The notes below the pieces were generated by a model. The model worked only from the letters and a program-made list of their open reading frames with translations. It had not been told where the DNA came from and searched no databases. DNA of 63,598 nt, counting the filler, from Nemertoderma westbladi (Eukaryota; Animalia; Xenacoelomorpha): NCBI GenBank assembly GCA_032718475.1. It is 3 parts of 3 records of this genome, joined end to end, with 100 filler letters (N's around TTAATTAATTAA, not from the genome) between each part and the next. Parts side by side here need not be neighbours in the genome. Positions count along the whole stretch, not along the records: positions 1 to 30,683 come from JAUCBJ010005436.1; positions 30,784 to 58,123 come from JAUCBJ010005341.1; 1 more part is not named here. One strand, written 5' to 3'. Positions 21,645 through 33,700 of this stretch are shown here, in pieces; positions within the stretch are counted from its first letter, which is position 1; each line of letters starts with the position of its first letter. A program made the translations under genes and the position numbers.

Positions 21645-21681
21645 ATGCTATCTTCTCACCGGGAAGATAGCATGGGGGGAG
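21645..21681 (+). promoter_or_regulatory. 11-bp hairpin and polypurine tract abutting the 3' LTR
   Basis: ATGCTATCTTC-N7-GAAGATAGCAT followed by GGGGGGAG then TGT. Confidence 0.8.
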
Positions 21682-22238
21682 TGTTAGCTTATTCAATCCC
21701 GCTAACACCCCATAAAGTTAAGCCGATAAGCATTATTGGGGGCCACGAGGTTGGGTAATCACCAACTCGTGTCACCCCAATAAAATGGGAAGGAGAAACA
21801 CAATGAGGGTCAGGGGCCAAACCCCTAACCCAGAGAGAACAGGTGGAGTGAACGGCAACACTCCAAAGGGCGCCAACAAGGGTATCAACCAATCAGAGGG
21901 GGGAAAGGCATCGATTAGGTAGAGTAACAAGGCCAACCGTGCAATATAGCCAGTTGGCAGTAATCATATCAGTTCAGTTATCTCAGTATCATATTGGTGC
22001 TAGTTAGGTTAGTTAGTATAGCTAGGGAAGGACCGGGACTTTAATTACCGTATCCCGCCTTCCGTGTGCGACAACATTATTCATATACCTATATCTATAT
22101 ACCCTATATCTATATATCCGTACAACCGATTATTATATACGACGAATGACAGGAACTCCTTTTACCTTTCATACACACGGCGGGGACGCGTGAACTAAAC
22201 AACCGGATAAACCGAGATCCTTCCTGGATCCCGTCACA
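21682..22238 (+). repeat. 3' LTR
   Basis: Direct repeat of 5572-6128, followed by TSD CCTAA. Confidence 0.95.
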
Positions 22239-22293
22239 CCTAATCCGACAAATATCTAGGGACTCCATAACATAACAACATACGGAGGGGGTG

Positions 22294-22770
22294 TGTGACT
22301 ATATTATTTTATATTTGTTTTTTATTATTTTATATTTATGTACGTATTATTATGTAATTTTATTATAATCGTTTTCTTTAATTTTGTTTAGTAGAATGTT
22401 CTTTTAGCGATTATTTAGTAGATTAGTGCAATATATTACTTAAGTACTTATATATTATATATTTAGTGTGACGGCAAGAAATAATTATTTTTCTCTTTCC
22501 TTACTGTCCGTATCATATTATAAATACGTGACTACAGTAAGATGAAATCTCCGTACTTATTAAAGTACAATAAAGCTCCTACTATATTCAAGCATTATTG
22601 GTAAGCAGAGTATTAGGAATGCAAAGTTCAGATCCTCGTGTCTCGGCTAAACCAAGCTCTGGGTAGACCTTGGAAACGACTTGCCTCTTCTCACTGACAT
22701 TGCTTCGTGCGATATTGCTCTCATACCGTATATTAAATAATACATATAGTAGTGTGATGTCCCTTTAACA
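22294..22770 (+). repeat. Putative 3' LTR of the outer BEL element
   Basis: Follows a PPT-like GGAGGGGGTG; starts TGT; contains TATAAATA and AATAAA. The end (..TTTAACA) is a guess. Confidence 0.45.
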
Positions 22771-22789
22771 GTAGCGTAAAACGCAAAAT

Positions 22790-23110
22790 AAATCTGAAAA
22801 TCTAAAAATTTTGACCATCTGTAATTCTAGTCGATTAAGATATCGTGGCACCCACCGATATACTTAAAAGACAAAATTTAGAATCAGTGGTTAACGTCCC
22901 CAGACAAGTTCTGGAATAAATAGGTGCCCATCTTAAATATTATATAATTAATATTTATAAAAATCTATAAATCAAAATCTGTTAAAATTTAGATCCTTTG
23001 GAATTATAGTCCATTAAGATATTGTAGCACTTACCGATACTCTTAAAGGGACAAAATTCCTAAAATTAAGGATCCTCGTCCCCAGACATGTTCTGGAATA
23101 AAATTGTGTC
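22790..23110. repeat. Two diverged tandem copies of a ~180-bp unit
   Basis: ATTAAGATAT..ACCGATA..GACAAAATT..CGTCCCCAGACA..TTCTGGAATAAA occurs twice. Confidence 0.65.
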
Positions 23111-23155
23111 TATTTAATATTAAATAATAAAATTACGGGAATAAATTTAAATTCA

Positions 23156-24280
23156 TCTCTTTTAATGAATTTGATAAATTGTTATTAGCAAGTCGTTAGA
23201 CTTGATTACTGTAAGAATTGTTGACTGACTGGCTGGCTGACTGACTGACTGGCTGGCTGGCTGATCTACAGCCAAAACTACTCTAACGATTTTGATGAAA
23301 TTTTCACAGCATCTAGATACCGCGATTCTAAGGTCCCTGGCATGATCGGCTACTCCGTCCATAGCCTCTGGGCTCGAAAAATAGAGATAAACGAAAAAAA
23401 CGCCATAGGCGCAATGGTAAAATATCACCCATGACAGCTGGTGTCCTGATGAAAAATGGCTTATGTAATGCAATTCTACACAAGGCTTAGTATTAAATCG
23501 ATGAGGTTGCCAAGAGTATTATACTTAGTACACCCATACTGTTTGTTTAGGCCCTACCAACCACTCTGTGCAAACAAACATCAACTGGTTGGTTTGCTAT
23601 TCTATAGGGAGCCACCTAACAAGGAAGTACATACAGTGCCAACTTTATAATCATTCACTGGGTTAGCCGGCTATTACAGCCTCAGCTGAATAACTCTTCC
23701 CAATGCTTTCTATGGCGATCTACAAGGTTACTCTCTCTTCTATGTTAATTGACGTGTAAGCTGATTGACTGTTAGTTACACAGTGTGTTGGGTACTATTG
23801 GATTGCACTGTATTTATAATAATAATTGTTTTATTTTTAAATCTTTCGGCCAACATTAATTCTGTGGAGGCAGTATGCTTATAAGGTGGAATGTTTACTC
23901 AGCCTCATACTGATACTGTGTAAGGCTAACACTAACATTATAGTTTGAAATATATATATCACTGCTTATTATCTGTATCAGGATACACACTGTGGCATTC
24001 TAAATGTTTTATACTGTAGGTGATTGACATTGTGCAAGCTGAATGACTGTTAGTTCTTTCAGACCATAGCCAAACATTGTTGAGGGAATTTAGTTTAGTT
24101 CACTCTACTGTGCCATTCAACTGAATGAATTTGAGCAATTGCCAAATTACAGAGTGGGATCTCTCTCTGACCATAGGTAAATAGCCCTTCCATTCTGACC
24201 ATAGGTAAACATTGTTGAGGGAATTTATATTTGATTGATGACTTCCGACTTGCTTAACGGCGTCTTGACGCCGTCTCTAG
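23156..24280 (+). mobile_element. Probable non-autonomous Helitron
   Basis: 3' hairpin ACGGCGTC-TT-GACGCCGT followed by CTAG|T at 24277-24281; (TGAC/TGGC)n microsatellite near the 5' end; the 5' A|TC boundary is tentative. Confidence 0.55.
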
Positions 24281-24894
24281 TTTTATACAATTTATAACAT
24301 TCCCAAAATTCCATTAATTAATAGATCATGGGAGCGGAGATTCACCCTATTGAGTGTATTAGTGTGCGAGAATCTCCAATATATAGTCAATAGCCGATAA
24401 AATTCATAAAATCATATATAAAGAGGGATATTGACAATTAAAGAATTACTATTAAATAGCATCCCAGATCTGTATGCATGAGAATTACCCTAATTCTACT
24501 GCTAGCTTTCCATAATGTCACCATAGCAACAACCACGCTAGAATTAGAAGCGAGTTAACAGAACAATAAAAGCTTGCCCATTGAATAGCATACGGAATAA
24601 GTAGCACACCGCGAGTATCCAAGGATACACAATAACAACGTGACATTCTGGAAAGCACTTGACTAACGGACAAATGGCCCGAATGTGTGATAGAATGTGT
24701 ACAATTTGTGACAGTTACGTGGAATTTGTGCGTTTGTAGGTGAATGTTACTACTAAGGTGTGTTTACAGTAGCGAGTCGCAGTTGTGAAAGTAACCCTAA
24801 CTCTGCAGTAAGAACCTGAAGTAAATCTACGCCCTTGGGACGGACAGTGGAGTGACTTGTGCCGGTTGTCGTTGTCGTTGTGTAACTACTACGT

Positions 24895-26034
24895 TGGCGA
24901 AAAACACAGCGACGACGGTATATCGGCGCCGAGGATCTTGCACTGTCTGGGGGCTGAGAGGGGTAGGCGGCAAAGCTCGCTGGCCTAATTATAACTCATT
25001 ATAACATTGATAAACTCATATAGCAGATATGACTGAGTTGATAGAAGATGATCTTGGTATCAGGGAGCGATATACTCTACCTTTACAAGCGTTTGTTGAT
25101 AGCTTGATACGCGGCAACGCTAGTCCAACTACTACGAAGGACGATGGTCATTATATCGAACCGCCAATGTCCCAGGAACAACTCACGCATGAGTTGGACT
25201 ATAGAAAATTCACCGCTCGCTATACGCATCGTAATAGTATGTATATAGACTTCTTAACTACTGGTCATCCTATCGATTTACACGATACGGACGATGTAGA
25301 CACCGAAAGGGAAATGGTTTTATTTAAATATCATACCCAGCAGAAGCGGAACGATAAACTGAGACTCGAACACGATAATTCTATTCAAAACCGACTCGAA
25401 AGTGTAGGATGTTGAAGAGCTCGCTAGATATTCGCCAACCCTACCTGGCCGGATTAGGACGCGGTCTTCTAATATCGCCGTTTAACCCGTACAACCGTCC
25501 AGGCTTAACACCGATACAACCCGTCACCCAGGTGGAGGAGAGTGTTGTACGAAACGCTTTAGACGCTATTCTACAAAAGATCAGAAAAGAAACCTACGTT
25601 TGTTCAGATAAACTTAAATTGTAACAGCAAGTCCAAGCGGTAAATGGATTGGCTTTATCTCAGTTCGATCGGGAAATCCAGAATCTCTAGGACGATATCG
25701 AACTTGGACGACCCTATTATCTGCGAGAGTTTTTGGACGAACGTATCCAACGACAAGCGGAGGAAAATCAGCTCGAGGAGAAGCATATCGAAATGGACGA
25801 GACACCGGCCGTAACCCTAAACCTTCTGATGCAATTGTATTGCACCCTTCCCACAGGAGTTATAGCCCTCCTAGTAAAGTGGCTCGCCCCAAAGAGAAAA
25901 GGACTCTTGCTAGTCTCAAAAAACTGCGTAAATGCCATCCTCGCAAGAAAAACTAACTGTTTAGAGTATTCTTAGATTTTAGAAACTGTGATTTTTTATA
26001 TTTTATAGAATTAAATCCCATTTTCTGGGAGCGG
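24895..26034 (+). mobile_element. Internally deleted retroelement derivative (deleted copy of the 29128-30683 ORF plus a BEL pol-tail-like remnant and PPT-like GGGAGCGG)
   Basis: The leader TGGCGAAAAACACAGCG and ORFs 25029-25800 match 29128-30683 (minus) but lack ~0.7 kb of the middle. Confidence 0.6.
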
Positions 26035-28099
26035 TGTAAAGGCTTTTGCGGGATTGGCTAGTCATTTTTTCCCCGCGAAGTACTCTTTAGATGTTTTAAA
26101 GGACATAAAAGTCGTTTCCTTACTGTACCGGTATTTTAGTGGACATAAAAAGCTATTTTTCTGTATGTGTACTTTGGCGGACATAACTAGCAATCCTATG
26201 TCGCAATACGCCATAATACTCTCTACACAGTGTAGTTCAGATTACGACATCTATCAGCTGATTTGGTGTACTCGTGGAACTTTCTTTGTTCAGGCCCACT
26301 CTGTGCAATCACTCGACCAATCAGCGTGATTTTCAGTTTATTACACAGAGGCCTCCGGGAAATCGCGCAATGCATTACAGTTTATGTTTACCTTTTTCCT
26401 GACGCCACGAACATCGGCTGTGGAATAATTCTGTGTTTCAGACTTTAGCCAAACATTAGAACGGCTTGATTACCGGAACGTATAACTGTTACCATAACAA
26501 GCCAAGTCTTACGGTACCACCGTGCACTCAATGCATTATGGCCTTTCACCGCATTATTTTACTGCTATTTACTGTCGGTTATTAATTGTATCAGTTGATG
26601 GAATATTATTATATTTGGATAATATCGAGAAAGAATCATAAAAACCCCATCTTCTTGATATACTGAAGGTAAGAGACAGGTTACATATAGCAATTGCGAC
26701 TCATATTATATTGGTTTTGGAGTGAATCTAATGCTATTTCATAGGCACTACATGGGTCAATTGCTGTTCTCTTTATATGTGACTAAAATTAGTAAAGGTC
26801 GGCAGATTGGTATGCAGTATTGTGCGATAGAGTGCATGGTTTGACTGGTAACTAAGCATCTCCTAAAGAATGCGCCTTATACGTGAATCATAAGCCATAC
26901 CGTTGTGTTTAGTATAAGTCATAACTCTGTTTACATAATTAAGGCGCCTAAAGGAACTGTTAATATTTCCCGAAAGTGAATAATATTTGTCAGAGATTAT
27001 ATATTAACGATCAATCGAATAATACAGTAGGCTTACAACGCAATAAGGTCAAGTCTTCCGAATCCAGTCTCCCGGGTATATCCAACGGGTGAATGGTCGC
27101 GCACTAGGCTGGCTTCGGCTAATGTAGTGTTTATTTGTATCAAATACTTGTCATAGGCTAAAGTCGATTTATAATCTAAAAGACATATAAATTTGGCAGG
27201 TTAAACTGCTAAAGGTCTTAAAAGCGCGAACAGACACAATGGGAAGGCTATTGATTTACGTATAAGGCGCATTCTTTAGGAAATGCTTTGTTATCATTCA
27301 CAATCATGCACACTACCGCACAATGCTGCACACCGATCTGCCGACCTTCACTAATTTTAATCACATATAAAGAGAACAGCAATTGACCCATGTAGTGCCT
27401 ATAAAATAGCATTAGAGTCACTCCAAAACCACGATAATGTGAGTCGCAATTGCTATATGTAACCGGTCTCTTACCTTCAGTATATCAAGAAGATGGGGGG
27501 TTTTCTGATTATTTATCGAGATTATCCAAATATAACAATATTCCATCAACTAATACAATTAATAACCAACAGTAAATAGCAGTAAAATAATGCGGTGTGT
27601 ACTGGTACTGTCCCGTGCGAGACTGCACTGAGATATGCTGAGTTGAGTATGTATGTGAGATAACAGTTATACGTTTCTATAATCTAAGCCTACTAATGTT
27701 TTGCTAAAAGCTGAAACACAGAATTATTCCACAGCCGATGTTCTGGCATCAGGAAAAGGTAAACATAAACCATAATGCATTGCGCGATTTCCCGGAGGCT
27801 TCTGTGCTAATAAAATGAAAATCGCTCTGATTGGCTGAGCCGAACAAAGAAAGCTCCACGAGTACAGCAAATCAGCTGGTAGATGTCGTAATCTGAACTA
27901 CACTGTATCAAGAGTATTTTGATGCATTGCGACATAAAATTGCTAGTTATGTCCGCTAAAGTACACACATACAGAAAAATGGCTTTTTATGTCCACTAAA
28001 ACACCGGTACAGTAAGGAAACGGCTTTTTATGTCTGTTAAAACACCTACAGAATACTTTACGGGAAAAATGACTAGCTAATTCCGCAAAAGCTTTTACA
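26035..28099. repeat. 2.07-kb fold-back element, TG..CA ends, ~850-bp inverted arms around a ~360-bp spacer
   Basis: 26035-~26890 is the imperfect reverse complement of ~27252-28099 (TGTAAAGGCTTTTGCGG / CCGCAAAAGCTTTTACA); no TSD. Confidence 0.85.
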
Positions 28100-29127
28100 A
28101 CCCCAAGACACTCGGGTGTCACTAGTAGCGTCCAAATTTTTGATAAAAAACAACGATTTAACAGTGCCAAGAGCTGAACTAAAGGCCGCACTGTTTGCAA
28201 CTACTGTTGCCAAAAATATCCTGGACGAGACTGATTTTGTAATAATCTAGAACCGTTTTATGGACAGACGCAGCCATAGTGCTGGAATATTTGACTAACA
28301 CCTTCTGCGGTTTTAATTTATACATTACAAACCGAGTATCAATAATACTTAATCGCACCAAGTTAGATCAATGGAGGTACATCCCCGGACCCCAAAACCC
28401 GGCTGACATACCCTCCTGTGGTGCGACCCCTAACGAACTCTTAAATTCAACATGTTGGTTGAATGGGCCCGATTTCCTTTCCAAACCAGAAGACCAATGG
28501 CCTCCTCATATTACCCCAGAGGAAATGAGGCAAGTCAAGGGTTTAGAAATTGTTAAGCCAAAAACCAGGCCCTCTAAGTCAAAGCTTTTTAAGCCTGTTG
28601 ACATGGCAACCAACAGCTACGTATACAAAATTAATAGTCAAATTCCAAACCTTCCCCCGAATATTGATTTCCAACACAAACTGCCACTAACGACCCTGAA
28701 AAATCCAATGACCAACTACTGTTACCAAATGTGGATATGGGCTTATCCCCTCTAATATCTCGAACCATGAACCATTATAGCTCGTGGGATAAAATGTGTA
28801 GGGCTATAACCATACTAAAACAACTCTTTCACTATCGATACAGTACTAAGACCGTACCTTGATAGGATTAACTGCTAATGAGGTAGATAAATCCAATTTA
28901 CAGTTATTAAGAGTTTCACAAAGACTGGAGAAGCCTGAGAAATATTACCAACACAGTGTTGACCCCCTAACTCCATTAATGGATAAATTCTCCAGCATAA
29001 TGATAAATGGTTTAATTCGAGTTGGAGGTCGCTAACGCTTTACTAACGCTCCAATCTCTAGAGATACTTTGTTTCCCATACTAATATTCGACCCGGAAAT
29101 TCAGATCAAGTTGATACAGGACGTTCA
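28100..29127 (+). pseudogene. Degenerate BEL/Pao RNase H to integrase-linker fragment
   Basis: PRAELKAA, WTDAAIVL, NRV, QWRYIPGPQNPADIP, WLNGPDFL and LIRVGGR motifs with stops and frameshifts. Confidence 0.8.
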
Positions 29128-30545
29128 CTACATAAGGATTTGAGCTTCTGGCTGGGCTAAAGCTGGTTCTTCTCTCTCACCCATTTCTATGTGTTTCTCT
29201 TTGAGCTGATTTTCCTCCGCTTGTTGTTGTAAACGCTCGTCTAGGAACTCTTGTAGAGAATAGGTTTGTCCACGTTCGATGTCTTCCTCGAGGTTCTGGA
29301 TTTCTCGATCGAACTGGGGTAAAGCTAATTCTTTCACCGCTTGGACTTGTTGCTGCAATTTGCGTTTCTCTAAACAATCGTAAGTTCCTTTTCCGATCTT
29401 CTGCCGAATAGCATCTAACGCATTTCGTACAACGCTCTCTTCGACTTCGGTAACGGGTTGTATCGGGGTTAAGCCTGGACGATTGTACGGGTTAAACGGC
29501 GATATTAGATGACCGCGTCCCAATCCGGCTAGGTAGGGTTGGCGAATATCTAGCGAGCCCACTACCGGAGTGCCGCCGATTAATTGTTCGGGTAACACAA
29601 GATCTTTAAACAGTGAGTACAGTTCAGGGGGATCCGTTATACTATTAGGATCAAGCGTTTGAGGTCTCACTAAGGAATGAGGAGGTCTGACCGAGTATTC
29701 TGGAACTCTGATCATTGGTTTATTTAAGGATCGTTTGAGTCGAGCGAGCGTAGGTGATACGTCGAACAGGTTTCGCTCAAAACTCCCATAAGTATATCGT
29801 GTAAAACTGTGTTTAGCGCAACGTCTCCGCGGATGTTTATGTCTTTCCGTTTGCTGATTGGGTCTAGGGCATTCGTCGCAGTAATACCAAAGATGCAAGT
29901 CCTGCAGGGGTAACGCGGGTGATCGTTCTCCAGTTTTACAATATTCCTCCATCTGTTCAAAGCTATCTGGGATGACAGGTAGCGGTCGATCGGCGGTAAG
30001 ATACATCATAGTGAAATAGAGCCGTTTGAGTTCTATCATAGGGTCATGATGTATACCTTGAGGATATCGAGTTTCTAGATTTTGCTGACTGGCAATATTG
30101 AGATATGTTTCTCTCAGGAATTCCAGATAATCGTTGAAGTCGCTGCGTTTATCCGGCTCTTCAACGTCTACTCTTTCGAGTCTGTTTCGAATAGAATTCT
30201 CGTGTTCTATTCTCGGTTTATCGTTACGACTCCGCTGGGTATGATATTTAAATAAAACCATTTCCCTTTCGGTGTCGACATCATCTGTATCGTGTAAATC
30301 GATAGGATGGCCAGTAGTTAAGAAGTCCATATACGTACCATTACGATGCGTATAGCGAGCGGTGAACTTTCTATAGTCCAATTCACGCGTAAGTTGCTCC
30401 TGGGACATTGGCGGTTTGATATAACAACCATCGTTCTCCGTAGTAGTTGGACCAGCGTCGCCACGTATCAAGCTATCAAAAAACGCTTGTAAAGGTGAGT
30501 ATATCGCTCCCTGATACCAAGATCATCTTCTATCAACTCAGTCAT
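29128..30545 (-). CDS. Unknown repeat-encoded ORF (probable retroelement 5' ORF / gag N-terminus), 3'-truncated
   Basis: 447-aa open frame (30471-29128) with a Cys/His cluster (CDEC..HKH..CAKH) and coiled coil; ATG at 30545 in another frame; paralogous to 25029-25800. Confidence 0.5.
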
Positions 30546-30683
30546 CTCTGCTATTATGAGTTTATGAATATTATAATAGTTTATATTTAGGCTAGCGGGA
30601 GTCGCTGCCTATCCACCCCTCTCTGCCCCCGGTCAGTGCGAGATTCTCAGCGCCGATGTACCATCGTCGCTGTGTTTTCGCCA

Positions 30684-30783
30684 NNNNNNNNNNNNNNNNN
30701 NNNNNNNNNNNNNNNNNNNNNNNNNNNTTAATTAATTAANNNNNNNNNNNNNNNNNNNNNNNNNNNNNNNNNNNNNNNNNNNN
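30684..30783. other. Artificial contig spacer
   Basis: N44-TTAATTAATTAA-N44 (stops in all frames). Confidence 0.95.
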
Positions 30784-33700
30784 AGTTAGAAGTTGTGGGC
30801 ACTGAGAGCGCCACATAGTAAGAGAGTAGAGGGTATGGTATATAGGTATACCATAGTAGCAGTAGTAGGGTACATAGTACCGTTGGAGTCAGAAGTTGTG
30901 GGCAGCGAGAGCGCCACGTAGTAAGAGAGTAGAGGGTATGGTATATAGGTATACCATAGTAGCAGTAGTAGGGTACATAGTACCATAAGAGTTAGAAGTT
31001 GTGGGCAGCGAGAGCGCCACGTAGTAAGAGAGTAGAGGGTATGGTATATAGGTATACCATAGTAGCAGTAGTAGGGTACATAGTACCATAAGAGTTAGAA
31101 GTTGTGGGCACTGAGGGCGCCACGTAGTAAGAGAGTAGAGGGTATGGTATATAGGTATACCATAGTAGCAGTAGTAGGGTACATAGTACCGTAAGAGTTA
31201 GAAATTGTGGGCATTGAGAGCGCCACGTAGTAAGAGAGTAGAGGGTATGGTATATAGGTATACCATAGTAGCAGTAGTAGGGTACATAGTACCGTTGGAG
31301 TCAGAAGTTGTGGGCATTGAGAGCGCCACGTAGTAAGAGAGTAGAGGGTATGGTATATAGGTATACCATAGGAATAGTAGTAGGATACGTAGTACCATAA
31401 GAGTTAGAAGTTGTGGGCACTGAGAGCGCCACATAGTAAGAGAGTAGAGGGTATGGTATATAGGTATACCATAGTAGCAGTAGTAGGGTACATAGTACCG
31501 TTGGAGTCAGAAGTTGTGGGCATTGAGAGCGCCACGTAGTAAGAGAGTAGAGGGTATGGTATATAGGTATACCATAGTAGCAGTAGTAGGGTACATAGTA
31601 CCATAAGAGTTAGAAGTTGTGGGCAGCGAGAGCGCCACATAGTAAGAGAGTAGAGGGTATGGTATATAGGTATACCATAGTAGCAGTAGTAGGGTACATA
31701 GTACCATAAGAGTTAGAAGTTGTGGGCAGCGAGAGCGCCACGTAGTAAGAGAGTAGAGGGTATGGTATATAGGTATACCATAGTAGCAGTAGTAGGGTAC
31801 ATAGTACCGTTGGAGTCAGAAGTTGTGGGCATTGAGAGCGCCACGTAGTAAGAGAGTAGAGGGTATGGTATATAGGTATACCATAGTAGCAGTAGTAGGG
31901 TACATAGTACCGTTGGAGTCAGAAGTTGTTGGCAGCGAGAGCGCCACATAGTAAGAGAGTAGAGGGTATGGTATATAGGTATACCATAGTAGCAGTAGTA
32001 GGGTACATAGTACCATAAGAGTTAGAAGTTGTGGGCATTGAGAGCGCCACATAGTAAGAGAGTAGAGGGTATGGTATATAGGTATACCATAGTAGCAGTA
32101 GTAGGGTACATAGTACCATAAGAGTTAGAAGTTGTGGGCAGCGAGAGCGCCACGTAGTAAGAGAGTAGAGGGTATGGTATATAGGTATACCATAGTAGCA
32201 GTAGTAGGGTACATAGTACCATAAGAGTTAGAAGTTGTGGGCAGCGAGAGCGCCACATAGTAAGAGAGTAGAGGGTATGGTATATAGGTATACCATAGTA
32301 GCAGTAGTAGGGTACATAGTACCATAAGATTTAGAAGTTGTGGGCATTGAGAGCGCCACGTAGTAAGAGAGTAGAGGGTATGGTATATAGGTATACCATA
32401 GTAGCAGTAGTAGGGTACATAGTACCATAAGAGTTAGAAGTTGTGGGCATTGAGAGCGCCACGTAGTAAGAGAGTAGAGGGTATGGTATATAGGTATACC
32501 ATAGTAGCAGTAGTAGGGTACATAGTACCGTTGGAGTCAGAAGTTGTGGGCAGCGAGAGCGCCACGTAGTAAGAGAGTAGAGGGTATGGTATATAGGTAT
32601 ACCATAGTAGCAGTAGTAGGGTACATAGTACCATAAGAGTTAGAAGTTGTGGGCAGCGAGAGCGCCACGTAGTAAGAGAGTAGAGGGTATGGTATATAGG
32701 TATACCATAGTAGCAGTAGTAGGGTACATAGTACCGTTGGAGTCAGAAGTTGTGGGCAGCGAGAGCGCCACGTAGTAAGAGAGTAGAGGGTATGGTATAT
32801 AGGTATACCATAGTAGCAGTAGTAGGGTACATAGTACCATAAGAGTTAGAAGTTGTGGGCACTGAGAGCGCCACGTAGTAAGAGAGTAGAGGGTATGGTA
32901 TATAGGTATACCATAGTAGCAGTAGTAGGGTACATAGTACCGTAAGAGTTAGAAATTGTGGGCATTGAGAGCGCCACGTAGTAAGAGAGTAGAGGGTATG
33001 GTATATAGGTATACCATAGTAGCAGTAGTAGGGTACATAGTACCGTTGGAGTTAGAAGTTGTGGGCACTGAGAGCGCCACATAGTAAGAGAGTAGAGGGT
33101 ATGGTATATAGGTATACCATAGTAGCAGTAGTAGGGTACATAGTACTATAAGAGTTAGAAGTTGTGGGCAGCGAGAGCGCCACATAGTAAGAGAGTAGAG
33201 GGTATGGTATATAGGTATACCATAGTAGCAGTAGTAGGGTACATAGTACCATAAGAGTTAGAAGTTGTGGGCAGCGAGAGCGCCACGTAGTAAGAGAGTA
33301 GAGGGTATGGTATATAGGTATACCATAGTAGCAGTAGTAGGGTACATAGTACCGTTGGAGTCAGAAGTTGTGGGCATTGAGAGCGCCACGTAGTAAGAGA
33401 GTAGAGGGTATGGTATATAGGTATACCATAGTAGCAGTAGTAGGGTACATAGTACCGTTGGAGTCAGAAGTTGTGGGCAGCGAGAGCGCCACATAGTAAG
33501 AGAGTAGAGGGTATGGTATATAGGTATACCATAGTAGCAGTAGTAGGGTACATAGTACCATAAGAGTTAGAAGTTGTGGGCATTGAGAGCGCCACATAGT
33601 AAGAGAGTAGAGGGTATGGTATATAGGTATACCATAGTAGCAGTAGTAGGGTACATAGTACCATAAGAGTTAGAAGTTGTGGGCATTGAGAGCGCCACAT

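Larger units (their letters stand above)
5572..22238 (+). mobile_element. Full-length 16.7-kb BEL/Pao LTR retrotransposon with extra 3' cargo
   Basis: Two 557-bp TG..CA LTRs; 5-bp TSD CCTAA at 5567-5571 and 22239-22243; gag-PR-RT-RH-INT order; PPT before the 3' LTR. Confidence 0.95.
1243..22770 (+). mobile_element. Outer non-autonomous BEL/Pao LTR retrotransposon (gag-protease retained, RT/INT deleted), split by the 5572-22238 insertion
   Basis: Pao gag, three Cys/His knuckles and protease, then short RNase H and integrase C-terminal remnants. Sequence resumes after the CCTAA duplication at 22244 and reaches a PPT-like GGAGGGGGTG followed by TGT. No matching 5' LTR is seen in the window, so both ends are approximate. 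Confidence 0.7.

Noticed and set aside
30728-30739. TTAATTAATTAA motif inside N runs (also 58168-58179)
   Set aside because: Identical artificial linker; adjacency across it carries no biological meaning.
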